From: Takakia lepidozioides
Taxonomy: Eukaryota; Plantae; Bryophyta
Assembly (NCBI GenBank): GCA_030704615.1
Contig: CM060734.1
Location: 26,288,001-26,352,000, forward strand
DNA: 64,000 nucleotides
Direction of reading: 5' to 3'
In this document: in pieces, positions 11,768-23,589 of the stretch
How the letters are laid out: every line of letters begins with the position of its first letter
Position numbering within the stretch: the first letter of the stretch is position 1
Notes under the pieces: model-generated
Seen by the model: only the letters and a program-made list of their open reading frames with translations
Database searches by the model: none
Told to the model about the DNA's origin: nothing
Translations under genes and position numbers: made by a program

Positions 11768-12772
11768 TTCAACTCGCACGCGGTAGCCGACATGCATCTT
11801 GTTGTAGGCCCTCACTGTTCCTTCATCAACATCCATAGGTACTTCGCGCCTGCCAATCCTTCGCATTATGAACATTTCTTCCCCTATGTAGCCCGGGTCC
11901 CCCAGGAGATATTCGAAGTACTCATCTTCGTGCATGAAGTACTGCCGCCAATTTCTATGAATGTCAGAATGTCGCAGGATGGTAACGTCATGAAAGGACC
12001 CCGGGTACCCTGAATCTATGTAAATAAACAGTCCATGATGGCCAACCACGACGGTGTTGTTCATACAGTAGATCTTCTTGCGGCCGTTAAACCATGTTTT
12101 GTGCTCTTGATTCTTCCAGGGATGCCGAATTTTGACCAGGGTACCGTCAATCAGGCCGATACATCCTTGAAAGTCAGGTATATGAGTGGCCAGCCTAGCT
12201 CGCTCTTCTGGGGTTGGCCAACGTATTTCATTTGCAATTGCGTGGTTTATGCAGAAAGAGATGAACATGGCATCATCGCACAACGAACATCTCGACCAAT
12301 TCCACATAAATGAATCGTAGATAATCACGTTGTCATGCTTGAGGTATAAAATGAAATTGAGTAATCGTTGGTGAGGGCTCAGCTTACATGGCTTACCAGT
12401 GCAAAGTTTTTCTTCGCATATCAATCTCGCATTTGAGATGATAGTCGGCACTACCAATGCAGCTAGTTCCTCAAACTCTTCTACAGTAAAATTAGTGAGT
12501 TGCTTGAAAAGTGTAGGTGTGGCTCGCATTGTGGCAAGCACATCCCAGACTCCAACCTCTCGATCCATAGACTGCCCATAGCCCTCCTCCATCTCGTTAG
12601 AATTGAACAAATCTACTGAACTAGAAGCAACTAGTGCAGCTTGAAGAAACATGGAAGCATCTATCTCCATGTCGTCGAACAGATCATCATCACTTGAAGA
12701 AGATGAGCTATCATCGTACGAGGAGCATGCCATGTTGTCATCGCTTGAGGAAGATGACGAGGAGCTTGCCAT
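11768..12772 (-). mobile_element. PIF/Harbinger (HARBI1-like, DDE_Tnp_4) transposase, interrupted after YRVRVE; probable C-terminus GWDGDY* at 8964-8984
   Basis: GCIGLIDGT, NGRKK, GSFHD, LLGDPGY, YNKMHVGYRVRVE. The reading frame breaks at the TGCA terminus of another element (11764-11767). Confidence 0.9.
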
Positions 12773-13107
12773 GTTGTCTGATCGGCACAGAGCCTCTCAG
12801 CCCTTAAGCCCTAACACTCAATCGTCAGAGGAAGCAGCCGTTGCCCTCATCCCCAGTATGATTTGGTGCCCTCTTTCCTAACTTCGTGCCCAGTTTTCTG
12901 CACTTTACGGATTAAGTCAAACTCAGGATGAAACCCGTAACTTAGGTCCAAACAGGGTACCAAACTCAGGCTCACTTTACGTATAACTCTAATGTACGAG
13001 GGCTATAATGGAGTACTAATCGAGTTGTTCCTCACTCATCCCCCTCCTCGTTGGACTGATTGGTTCTCATTCCGGGTATTTGCCCTCCGGTGGCTATACC
13101 ACGAAGT

Positions 13108-15004
13108 TGCAATGCAACGCGTTCAACGACACAACGGCGTGAGCGTACGCTCACACAAGAGTGACGTGGCGTGAGCGTGCACCAACGCTGACGTGGCGCG
13201 AGCGTGATGTCAGCAGGTTGACGTGGCGCTGAGTCGTCATCTGTCACGTCAGCATAAACATACGGCGCCTATATCCGAGGAGGGTCATATGACTGTGGGA
13301 TTAATCTAGGCAATCGTTGACTGAATACAATGAAGACTGCCATCAAACACCCGAAATGGGAAATAAGCCTACAACTTTGGCATCCATTCCACAACATTGT
13401 GCAATTAGAATTGTAAGTTTTACTATTACAATTACAAGGACGACAAAATGACCTCACAACGTAAGTGCCATAGAGGCTGCCACGGGAAGACCTTGCTCCC
13501 TCCCCAAATAACAATGAAAGTTGGGATCACATTCAAAAGATTCATGCAGTTAATAGCGACATTGTAGAGATACACAGTAGTTCGAGATGGAAGAGCATAT
13601 AATAGGAAAATAGCACCTTCCCCCAACCCCCGGCATGTCTTATCCTCTGACAAACGTTCGAGTGGACCGAGCTTACAAGTTTATCACAACATGGTTTCCC
13701 CTCATTGCCTTGACAATTCCCATGTCATGCCAGTCATGTTGAACCATGGGAACCATGCATGTGCGAAGTGTCATTTCTTCTACATACATAGGAAGCAAAA
13801 AACTGGGCAGGGGGCTGTCGAATACGGAATCATCCCACATCATGGAGGCTCCTGAAGACCCACAGCTGCCTTTCATGCAAGGGAGATCCAGAAAATTGGT
13901 ATTAATAATAAAATCAATTATGCGGGCTAACATGTCACCCAAAGACGAATGAAGAAGCCTATGCTCCTTCGCAGCCAATGCAGCTATTCTTCTCTGATAC
14001 ACGTCCTCGTCGAGAGGCGCCAACATTTCCGCATGGTTGTTCATATTTTTCATTTGCTGTTCTTGAAACGTCGTGTGCTCAAGAGGACAGTCGAGGTACC
14101 ATCCGCAGTCCCTGAAATGGGTAGGACTCCAGTCCTTCAAAATCCTAGCTGTGTATATGGTTGGGTCATTGGCAGGATCCGACCACATGTCGACATAATC
14201 AGGGACACCGCTCAAGTGTTTTCCCTCCGTGAGCACATATTTTGTGTACCTGCGAACTCGCAAACCCAATGCAATTCCCAATATGTCAATTCACAAAACC
14301 TGAGAATGTGATGATCGCCGACGATCATCACATTCCCTACAAAGAGTGACTGCTGATGGGAACCACCCTGAAGAAGGTCTAAATATGATGATCGCCGCCG
14401 ATCATCATATTTTCTTGAAGATTTCAGTTTCAATCGGGGAAAGGTAGGACTGAAACACGAAAGCAAAACGATGCAATTCACAGTTCTGGGCGAAATGAAG
14501 ATTTCTCTGCAAAGGCACACAGTAGTTTGAGTGATGATCGGTGCCGATCATCACTTTCTTCCAGCCCTAAGATCATGTTTTGATGGACAACTATCTTTGC
14601 AATAGGGGAAAGATGCAGGACTCAAACACGAAAGCAAAACAATGTGAACCACATTTCTGGCCGAAATGAAAAGTACTATGCAAAATCTTGAAGCACTGTA
14701 AGTGATGATCGGTGCCGATCATCCCTTCTTTGCAGGAACAAGACTGACTGCAAAAAAATTTAAAAATAAAATAAATAAATAAAAACTGACCTCGATGCCG
14801 ATCTGAAAAATCTTGAAGCACTGTAAGTGATGATCGGTGCTGTCGAGCTTGTTTCCGTGGTTAAGGGTGCTCTTCCGCGGAAATATACCCTACTTCTTCC
14901 TGGGCGCGCGGTGACACGGCGTGGGCGCGCAATGACGTGGAATGAGCCCGGCGCAAGGTGACGTGGCGTGAGCCCAGTTGCGCTCACGCCGAGGCATCCC
15001 TGCA
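13108..15004 (-). mobile_element. Non-autonomous ~1.9-kb derivative of the same family, with both termini, hairpin repeats and an exon homologous to the MTase-like gene
   Basis: Left end TGCA...GGCGTGAGCG and right end CGCTCACGCC...TGCA. Candidate 7-bp TSD ACGAAGT (13101-13107) / ACGCAGT (15005-15011). GATGATCGGTGCCGATCATC hairpins at ~14310-14840. Confidence 0.65.
13940..14249 (-). pseudogene. Exon fragment homologous to the first visible exon of the MTase-like gene
   Basis: YTKYVLTEGKHLSGVPDYVDMWSDPANDPTIYTARILKDWSPTHFRDCGWYLDCP versus YCKF.LLEKGHLSFEPPFFLAWRNPGADSMYTDDIVKEWHLEHLRDCPWYVDLP. Both begin at the same acceptor context CAG|G TAC. Confidence 0.8.
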
Positions 15005-15689
15005 ACGCAGTGGGGGCAGCATAGAGTACGAACTCAAGACAACAACCAAGAATCGACCTAACGAACAGCAAGAAACACACAAGATGACACGGACTGACTG
15101 CACATTGATCTCATGAAGATCTCCTTTTGTATCTTTCTTTACTCCTCAAGCAACTCCAATCCGGAGCGCCCAACCAACTGGTTTTTCCCTGTTACAGTGG
15201 GGCTCAGTCCAAGTGTTTCTTAGTCTGGTGTCTCTATGTTGTATGTTGTCACAACCTGACTACCTCCTATTCCCCACTGCTGGTACCCCTATCCCCCTCT
15301 TATCCTGCGAACTACCTCGTCCCTTCCTTAGGCTGCTGCGCCCTCCTTTCTCACTTGCCCACTCGTGCTCTCTCGCTGTCCCTAAATCGCAGCTCCTCGG
15401 CCTGCACACTTGTCTCTCTCTCCTCCCCTCTGTGTGCTACTCTTTCTCCCTAATCTTGGTAATCGATAATGCCCCCTTCTCCTCCTGCTGCTGTTTGCCT
15501 ATCCCTCCTGCCAGCATCGCGTCCTCCGCCCTCATCTCCTCAAGATTGTCCGGAGATTCTCCTTTGCATGCTCCTCGCGTGATGATGACGGTGCGACTCA
15601 TTTCCCAAGAAAATACATCAACCCCCCGCAGCAGTCCGTGCTTCAGAGTCTTCTCTCCCTTCGTAGCGCCTTCCGTGCAGTTTTTCTAC

Positions 15690-16590
15690 AAGCAGGTAAT
15701 GACCCTCAATTCTCTTGGCAGCTTTGGACACAATCTTCCCTTGTTGTATGTGCACTGCATAAACTGGCTGGCCCTACAAGAACTTCTTCGAATAATGAAT
15801 CTTACAATTGTAGTTCCCAGTGTGTACAAGTTAAAAAATATTAATGTGAAAGCTAGCATGAGTCTCCAATCTCCTGCACTTAGCATTCATGTTAGTAACA
15901 AACAAGTCCCAATCCACTGGCTTAGAAGCAGAAGTCACCAACAGAGTGTCTTGTATCGGCATTTGAGCTATGAGCTGCCATATAACAACTCAAAAGGAGA
16001 TATTTTAGTGTGGGATTGCACAGAAGTTCGATAAGCAAAGATAACCGTGACAAGTAAAGAAGTATCTCACTCCCCAAGAAGCAAGCCATTCTTTTCTAAC
16101 ATAGCACACATCGTTTTGTTGAATCTTTCAGTTAATCCATTGCATTGAGGGTAGTACGATGCAGTAGTTTGATGCTTCACTCCCATGTTGAAGATACACA
16201 ACTTGCATTAGCTTATTACACAATTCAAATCCTTGGTTTGTCAGGATTTCAGAAGGGCATCCATGTCGTAGAATAATCTCATTGAAAAAGAACTGAGCCA
16301 CTGCATCTGCATCCTTAGCAACCAAGGTTGAACATCAATCCACTTCGTTAGGTAATCCGTCACTACAACTATATATCCTCCACTTGGTGGTTGTCGCTCC
16401 ACTTTATGAGATACTCCGTCTCTCAATGTCAGATCCGCCTTGCTTTAAGTATTGCCTCCATTTTGTACTCCGGTTCATTCTCATGATCCAGTTGCACATG
16501 TGGTGGATGCAAAATTTGTTGTCGAGTTGGATGCGCTTCATCCTTGAAGGATGGCTTAAAAAACGAGACATGGAATTCGGGGTGTATTTT
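15690..16590 (-). mobile_element. Degenerate Ty3/Gypsy integrase remnants
   Basis: YIVVVTDYLTKW, AVAQFFFNEIILRHGCPSEILTNQG; multiple stops and frameshifts. Confidence 0.8.
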
Positions 16591-16595
16591 GTTGT

Positions 16596-17010
16596 GGTTT
16601 TAGTCATGGTTAACTAGAATTACCTACTTCTAGTCAACTAGGATATTTTGGATATTTATATTTGTATTTTATGTGTTGGGACTTCATTTGGTCTCACATG
16701 CCAAGTGAGGTGTCAAGCCTCACTAGGGACATGTGGATAGGTTTTTCCCTTATGAGGGTTGAGGAGGCTTATCTTCTTGTAGTTGAGCCTTCCGAGCCTC
16801 TCTCACCTCCATGGCGCTAGTTCATGAGTAGGAGTGTGCGGGAGTGTTGTATGGCGGATTCTTTTAGCTAAGGTGTCACTGGCTTTACTATTATAGAGTG
16901 ATAGAGTGGGATTGTATTTAGAAGGGTTAATTATGTGTGCTCTCGGTGATGTGGTTTCATGCAAAGAGAGTTTCCATTGCATTATACTTCTCTTATTTCT
17001 CATATCTTAT
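16596..17010 (+). repeat. LTR-related segment (the B block) of the PHD-Gypsy family
   Basis: Highly similar to the reverse complement of 39125-39486 (TGGTTTTAGTCATGGTTAACTAGAATTA...CAAGTGAGGTGTCAAGCCTCAC...). Confidence 0.8.
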
Positions 17011-17711
17011 CACTACAAGAAGATCTCCTTATGATTGTGAGTGCGGAGTGTAAGGATTAGTTTGCACTTGTATGTTAAAGAGGTTGAGAGCTAGGAGAAT
17101 TTAGCTCTTGCATCACAAGGCTTGCAAGGTGTTTGCAAGGAAATGTGTTTGGTGTTGCATACACCTAGGAGTTGGAGAGCTAAGGAAAAAAACTCTTGAG
17201 TCACAAGATTTTGCAAGAATTGCAAGAGGGAAGTCTTGTGTGTGTATAAGCATGGATTCTAGGGTTTGAAAATCCTTTCTATGCATATAATATTTGATGC
17301 CTCCCGAAGGAAGCGTAAATTATGGTGTCTCTTCACCCCGAAGGGTTACTGCCTTCCGCTAGGAAGGTGGACACCTTTGTGACACCAAGGGTGGATTGAA
17401 CCTGGGCTACAACTTGGTTGTCCCTTTCTATGCATTATGGAGTTCCCAAATCTGTGTGTAGATGGACTGGCACCTCAAGAACTCTACAACTCGTCCACCC
17501 ACAATCTCTCTCCGTAATGCACTGCCGTGAGCATCTCGCAGACATGGTAGGTTTTGATTGCGTATGAGGAGGCCTGCTATTTCCTGTAGCATGTGTCCTT
17601 CTTTTCATCTCGTATTTCGTGTCCTTTGTGTGATATGACAGGGCAGAAAGACCTACTCAGCAGGTCACTTTATGACCTGATCCATCCTTAGCAACAGTGA
17701 CATTACGTCCT

Positions 17712-17828
17712 GTAGCGCACTGGAGCGCGACCGCTACAGGCTGTAGCAGGTCGCTGTGACTGGAGACCCGCGTCTTGCCACGCACAGCTCCTGCTACGGC
17801 CCGTAGCGGCCGCGCTCCAGTGCGCTAC
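17712..17828. repeat. GC-rich foldback with ~46-bp arms
   Basis: GTAGCGCACTGGAGCGCG...GTAGCAGG pairs with CCTGCTAC...CGCGCTCCAGTGCGCTAC, with about 4 differences. Confidence 0.9.
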
Positions 17829-18577
17829 CTAGTACGTCTCCCCCCTCACCGCTAGTCTCTTATGTAATCCTCCATGGGATTCCCGCATATCTTTTTTCAG
17901 TCTCTGTATGTGCCCAATGGTTAGGTGTTTGTGCCTTGACTGTGCATAACCTAGATGATCCTGGGTTCAATCCTTTAACATGTGCCTTCAAACTGTCCAT
18001 TGGGCCCTCGATGGCCTGTGTGTTGAGTAGTAGGCTCTGTAAATTCACTAGACGTTAAAGTAACTTTATCTTATCCTTACGTCACTGGTGGGCGTTAAAC
18101 AAACTTTACTTGACTTTTACGTCACAAATATTTTCTTTTAACTAATTACTATTTCGTAACTTTTTACCTCATCCTCTATTGAAAAGCTATTTATGCTGTT
18201 ATAACTTAAAAAAAGGAAGTATGTCGATAAAAATAGAGACGGCTCGGGGTTAGAGGAAGGCAACTGCGACGTTCCTGTGTCCGCATGCACGGAACTAAGG
18301 AGGCCGTGTGAGAGAGAGAGCGACGTGAGCTCTAAGATCTCTCTTATCCAAGTTGGCATCGTCTGTCTCACCGAGAGAAGTGTGAATTCATGAATTCCTC
18401 ATAAGGAGGAGGAGTGAGAGATGCAGATTCAGACAGACTTGGAGGTGTGGTCGTCGCAGTGAGTGTTTCCAAAAGGACTGATCTCCTACCTGTAGGTGTG
18501 ACCTCCTACAGGTGTGATGTCAGAAAGATAGCACATGCGAGAGAAGATTTCGATCATTGTGGTGTTGTCATTAAATT

Positions 18578-19216
18578 ATGGCAGAGATGCGGTGGTTTCC
18601 GGACATGGCAACCTATGCGTATTGCGAGGCTGTGCAGATGCGAAGGAATCTCTTGGAAAAGAGATCACAGGGAAAGAAATCACAGGCGGTTGCATCATCT
18701 TTGTGCAACAACATATCGTTAGAACCTGGAAGCGCTGAAGTCTTATCAGCTCTGGCTGCAGGTATCAACTCCCAGCATACGTTGCAGGTAGGCTGTGGGC
18801 TCTCCACAGTTGCGCTAGCTGTGGCAGCGCAAACGGTCGGTAGTCGGCTGGTGTGTGTCCACCACGACAAGGAGGAGCAGATTATTGTTCAGCGCTTTCT
18901 CAAGGAATTGGAATTGAGCGAGTTCGTTGAGTTTGTGACAGGTGATGCCGTCAATCTCATCTCTGAGAGGGAAGGCATGGATTTTGTAGTTCTCTCTGGG
19001 CTACCTGAGCATTACATTAAGATCTTTGACATGCTGAAGGTATATGGCGGCATCGACGACCCCATCAATGATGATGACTACGTGCATGGGACCGGGACAG
19101 CCCACCATGGATTTGGCTCAATATTGCTGACAACCTTTTCCTCCTCCTCCTGTGCCAAAGGAGTCCAATTTGGGAGGAGCAGGGATACTGGGCGCCATCA
19201 GGCAGTCTACAGCTAG
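18578..19216 (+). CDS. DUF1442-family plant protein (SAM-methyltransferase-like fold); similarity ends at ~19038
   Basis: W.PD.AT.AY, EPGSAEVLSALAAG, STVALAVAAQTVGSRLVCV, VEFVTGDA, DFVVL. The tail after MLK looks unrelated (intron or truncation). Confidence 0.78.
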   Translation: MAEMRWFPDMATYAYCEAVQMRRNLLEKRSQGKKSQAVASSLCNNISLEPGSAEVLSALAAGINSQHTLQVGCGLSTVALAVAAQTVGSRLVCVHHDKEEQIIVQRFLKELELSEFVEFVTGDAVNLISEREGMDFVVLSGLPEHYIKIFDMLKVYGGIDDPINDDDYVHGTGTAHHGFGSILLTTFSSSSCAKGVQFGRSRDTGRHQAVYS

Positions 19217-19444
19217 AGATTGCAGAAGATTGCAGGATTGATAGGAGTTTGCATGGCCTCTAAGTTAATTACAAGGAGATTACAAGCACTCCAGACTACA
19301 TTTTTGTTTGCACAGTTCGTTGGGCAACATTGAACACCACCACCTATCCAGCTTAGAAACCAAAGTGGAAAGCAATCCATATCCAGAAGGCAATCCAACA
19401 AGGTGGCTCATCTACATGTTGCAGAATTCCTACTAGGTGCAATA

Positions 19445-19561
19445 TTTTAGAGATGCTATCACCATCATGCCAGAATATCATGTTAACCCTCAAGTGTGAA
19501 ACTTTTAGAGATGCTATCACCATCATGCCAGAATATCATGTTAACCCTTAAGTGTGAAACT
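19445..19561. repeat. 58-bp tandem duplication
   Basis: TTTTAGAGATGCTATCACCATCATGCCAGAATATCATGTTAACCCT(C/T)AAGTGTGAAAC occurs twice. Confidence 0.95.
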
Positions 19562-21130
19562 GACCCAAACCGTTTCGTCTGGTTTCTTCGACAATCCAAT
19601 TCTTACTAGGATTTACTTTGATTTGAGTCAAATTTGGCTCAATAGGTAGAAAAAAGTCTCTACACACAATGGCTTTGACATACAATTCGGCCTCTCAACC
19701 TTAATCCTTTTTGGTTTTTATGGGTTGTAACCTGATTATAAGTCAGTTTTCTGGTATGATACCAGTCTGAACTTTGGCACCATATTAGTGGGGTTTTCAA
19801 CCTGATTGTAAATCAGTTTTCTGGCACGATACCAGTCTGAGCTTCGGCTGCATTTTGATATGGTGCTGGAGTACCATCTCCAGACCTTATAAGGCTATCC
19901 AATGATGCTTAAGATAGGCCCTCTTATGCTGATTTAACACGGTAAGTACCAAGCGGTACTTTTTGAACATTGAGGTCAGAGTTCTAAATTTACAACAAAT
20001 TTACAACAGCCCTGGTTACACTGTTTTAACTTAGAGATTACCAAGCAGCTGGCGTGATGGGCTTTTCAGATTACATAACACCTATTTTAAGGTTGCCAAG
20101 CGATGCCATTGGAACCATCCTTTGAATTTGAAACAGGTTCATTGGCCGATCTTCAAAAAACAATATTTATACATGGAGTAAGATCCCCCAATATGGGGCT
20201 AACTCAAGTTTTATGGCATGTTTTTGCTAGTCATCTTGCCCGAGTTGCTTGCATGACAATCGCGGTCAGGTTAGGGAAAGGGTTTCCACCCTAATAAGGA
20301 GGGCTAGCCCCACAGCCATCCCAATACCCCCATGAATGCGCAGCAGCCTATATGGCAACCACCCCAGAATTCGGCGGTAGGTAGGCTCGGTCCAAGCAGA
20401 TGGAGGGATGTGGACGATGTGGACGTTGGGCACCCTAGGACAATGTGAATGCGCCGCCGGGGTAGGCTGACTATAAAGGTGATGCGGTGGGTAGAGGACA
20501 TGGGCTGGTGAAGGGAGGGGCGGCACCAGATCTGAGCAAGGTGCTCTAAGGGATCTGCCCCAATGGCGGTGTCCACAAGCCCAAAGGGAAGCCATCCCCT
20601 GAATGCTAAAATATAGGTTGGGCTGGAAAGTACCGTGAGGGCCCCAAAATAGCCTAAAGTATTGCCCAATTGGATTGAAATTTTTTCTACAACAACCTTT
20701 GCATGCAAGGATGACATGGACCACAACATTTGTAAATTGGACGGTAGATTTGTCCTAGGTGATGTTCGCAGCCCAAATGTTGGCCTGCCTACTTCAAATT
20801 GGGTTTGTTGAACTGGGTTTGGAATGGACAGTATGGTTCTCAGATGATGTGGCTGTCAATCATAAATGACCAGGTTCTCTGCCTTCAAGTTATTGTCACA
20901 AAGATTGCAGGGAACGGTGATGAATGCATCATTCTCAAGTTTTTGTACTTTGGCTCATGAACTAGTACTACTGCTACTCACTACCGTTACAGTTCTGTGA
21001 CATAGAGTTGAACCATCCAAGGATGTCATTGGCTATGATTAATGGAAGGAGAGAGATCCGTCTGCACTGCTCACATTTGCTCTTTCAGAGCTTCTTTGTT
21101 CTGCTAGGTAGAAAGATGCACTGCATTCTG

Positions 21131-23328
21131 TTAGCGCCCGCGGCCTCTACGCCTGGAAATAGTGGGAAACTGTAGAGGCACAGTGAGTCCGACTTTCCGT
21201 TTTCCCTGAGAACTCCTTGGATCTGCAACCTCCACCTTGTCCCCACTGGTCATAGGGATCAGCCTGGAAGTCATCCACAGCAAGTCCCAGCACCAGTGCA
21301 TAGCTTATAAGCAGCTCTTTGTGTTGCTTTGCTCTGTGATAACCTCCTGGCTTGTCTGTCATACCAAATGTGCCTTCTCCTGTGAAGAGTTTCAGAAACG
21401 TGGCAACCACAACACCAGGGATGCCCAGCTCTTGCGTAAGATCCACAGTCTTGGCTTGCTCCGGTAGTCCCAGGATCCCCAAAGGATTTGCTGCCCTTGT
21501 CACAACAAAGTCGGGAGCATTGTGAAAGGCAAGAAGATGCCTAAGGTATACCAGGATCCGTGCTCGTCTGTCATTCCCTTCCTTGTCCCCTGCACCAACC
21601 ATGGTACAGCTCTAAAATTGAATCAAGCTGACGGGTGTCGAAAATTTCACCTCAAATTCATCTTGCCACTACCTAATTCGAACTGACACTTACAGATTGG
21701 ATATGGTTGCTGGCTTTACACTTTCCTGCCGACAGAGTCACAGACTTCCTTGCATAGCCACGTCAGCTTTGTAGGAGGCAAAACAGGCTGAAATAGGTCG
21801 AAGTAAAATGTGCCCTCGTGCTGCTTGTGTCTGTAGTGAGGCAAGGTTTAGAAGACGTTATCTGATAAGAACACACCTCGACTCTCAATCTCTGAAGGCG
21901 ACTGAGTACAAAGTTGGGGTATGCCCTCTTCTGGCGTAGAGCATCCTCATCTTTCGCCTTCTTGGCAGCTGCCATGAGCTCTTCCACATCCAGGCTCTCC
22001 CATTCTTCCTCTGTTATGAGTTTGTCCAATGGATAAGCTCCTTCTGGTGTGGATGCTGAGAGGTCATAGGGTGGCACGTTGCGCACCACTGCAAGGTTGG
22101 CCTGCTCAAAGGCTTCCTGATGAGACAACAGTGCTTCATTCTTGCCTACTTCCTGGAACAAGCTCTCCATCTCCCGTGCATTGCCCAATGCTTCCGTCTT
22201 CACCAATCCTCTTTCAAGCCGTTGAGCCTGCACCAAGGGCGCGTCATGAAATCTTCTAACCACAGTGACTAGGAGTGTTACCAAATTGGGAGCTAGAGAA
22301 GGTTCTAGCAGTGTCGTATATCTCAAACTGTAATCTCTGCTGCTTTCACTTTTGACCTTGTGCTTTATTATATTGCTGAATAATGCCAGTGCTCTAATTC
22401 CCTCCAACTATGGAGAGGATGCAAAACCCACCCGCATGCGACTCTTCTGGCTGCCAAAAGTTTCTGTCAGTATCTTCCTTTTCAGCAGACCCATCTCTAG
22501 TGTCTGGGCCTCTACCTTCACGGCCCCATCTCCTGAAACACCTTGCCCATAGTCCACCCCTCTGACTCTGGGCTCCATCCTGAAAATCTAGACCACCAAG
22601 CAGTTACAGCTGTATCCTCCCTCGAAATGCCTCATAAAAAAACACTCACAACTAATGAGTACATCTATGCTGTCACATATGTGGCCAAGCTGGCGGCCAT
22701 GCACGATGTCTATTTATCAAAACACTCATTTCCTTCACAAGCGCTATGTCAACTTTACCCTGAGTTTCCATACCCTGTTTAGTAGAGGCACACAATCGGT
22801 GGTTGTTGCTGCGGAAACTATGTCCTCAAGGTAAGTGGTAGTCAACAAGGTGCGCAGGGAAGGGTCGATGAATACGTATACTCTCTCTTTCTCTCTCTCT
22901 CAAACTGTCTTACGAGTACATTCTCTCACTCTCAAACTGTAAAGATAAGTGCCTTTTCTCCTGCTAGAGGGACTAGCTTTAAAGTGCCCTTCTCCTTGTT
23001 GAATACTCCGAGCACGTAGCTGTAAGGCTGCCAAGCTGCAGCCTCTCCCGAATAGTTGCAGCCCACAAAATCAACATGCCCGCCCTGTGTGGTTGCCACC
23101 AATTGGTGCTGCTTCGACTTGAATTTCTCGGTGGCTTGATACGCTTTGATCTTTGCCAAAGGCGCGCCCTCACCATCCTCTTCAGTATTTCCTACGGGAT
23201 CAAACCCCGTAGGAAAATAGGCCACGAAGGGCCGAGCATGGCCCTCCTTTGAAGGAACGTAATCCATCTGTATGTCCATCGTCCCCCCTTTTTTTTTTCT
23301 CCTTGTGCTCTTTTCTGGACGTCTCCAT
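21131..23328 (-). pseudogene. RPA49: RNA polymerase I subunit A49/PAF53-like gene, about 4 exons, probably disabled
   Basis: PFVAYFPTGFDP, VDFVGCNYSGEA, YVLGVFNKEKGTLKLVP, VPPYDLSASTPEGAYPLDKLI, LLISYALVL and C-terminal LTVPLQFP..RRR. Exons ~22952-23328, 22432-22587, 21877-22227, 21131-21589. Frameshift in the A/G run near 23285 and an apparent deletion/frameshift after DPYD (~21250). Confidence 0.8.
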
Positions 23329-23589
23329 TCTCAACGTTACAGCACGCGCTCAATACAGCTCCTGGTGCTTGCTCTGATCTCGCCTTCTATTCCACTGGGT
23401 TCACTCTAAGCCCTAAACGCAGCAAACTCAACGCACTCGATGCACATCACCAAGAGTCTTCGTTCAGAGAAGTTGGGCAGTAAACCCGTAATCATAAATC
23501 TCTATTGAACGACCTTCCTTGGAGATGCTGGGAGGGATAGCCAATGAAGACATATCATTGGGAGCAATTGGAGAGGTCTTCTGTCCTGC

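Noticed and set aside
7720-13005. Terminal inverted repeats for the Harbinger element
   Set aside because: Only a weak TAGAGTTAT match between ~7735 and ~12985; TIR and TSD could not be defined.
13800-13900. LDLPCMKGSCGSSGASM resembling the unspliced MTase motif I region
   Set aside because: The resemblance depends on intron-derived residues in the first copy and lacks the flanking MTase motifs.
15213-16034. 273-aa plus-strand ORF
   Set aside because: Spans low-complexity CT-rich sequence and the antisense of an integrase remnant.
17011-17025. CACTACAAGAA possible CACTA terminus
   Set aside because: No matching opposite TIR with a 3-bp TSD and no subterminal repeats found.
18578-19216. DUF1442 methyltransferase-like ORF as part of the MTase-transposon system
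   Set aside because: An ordinary plant family with no associated termini or hairpin arrays; proximity is probably coincidental.
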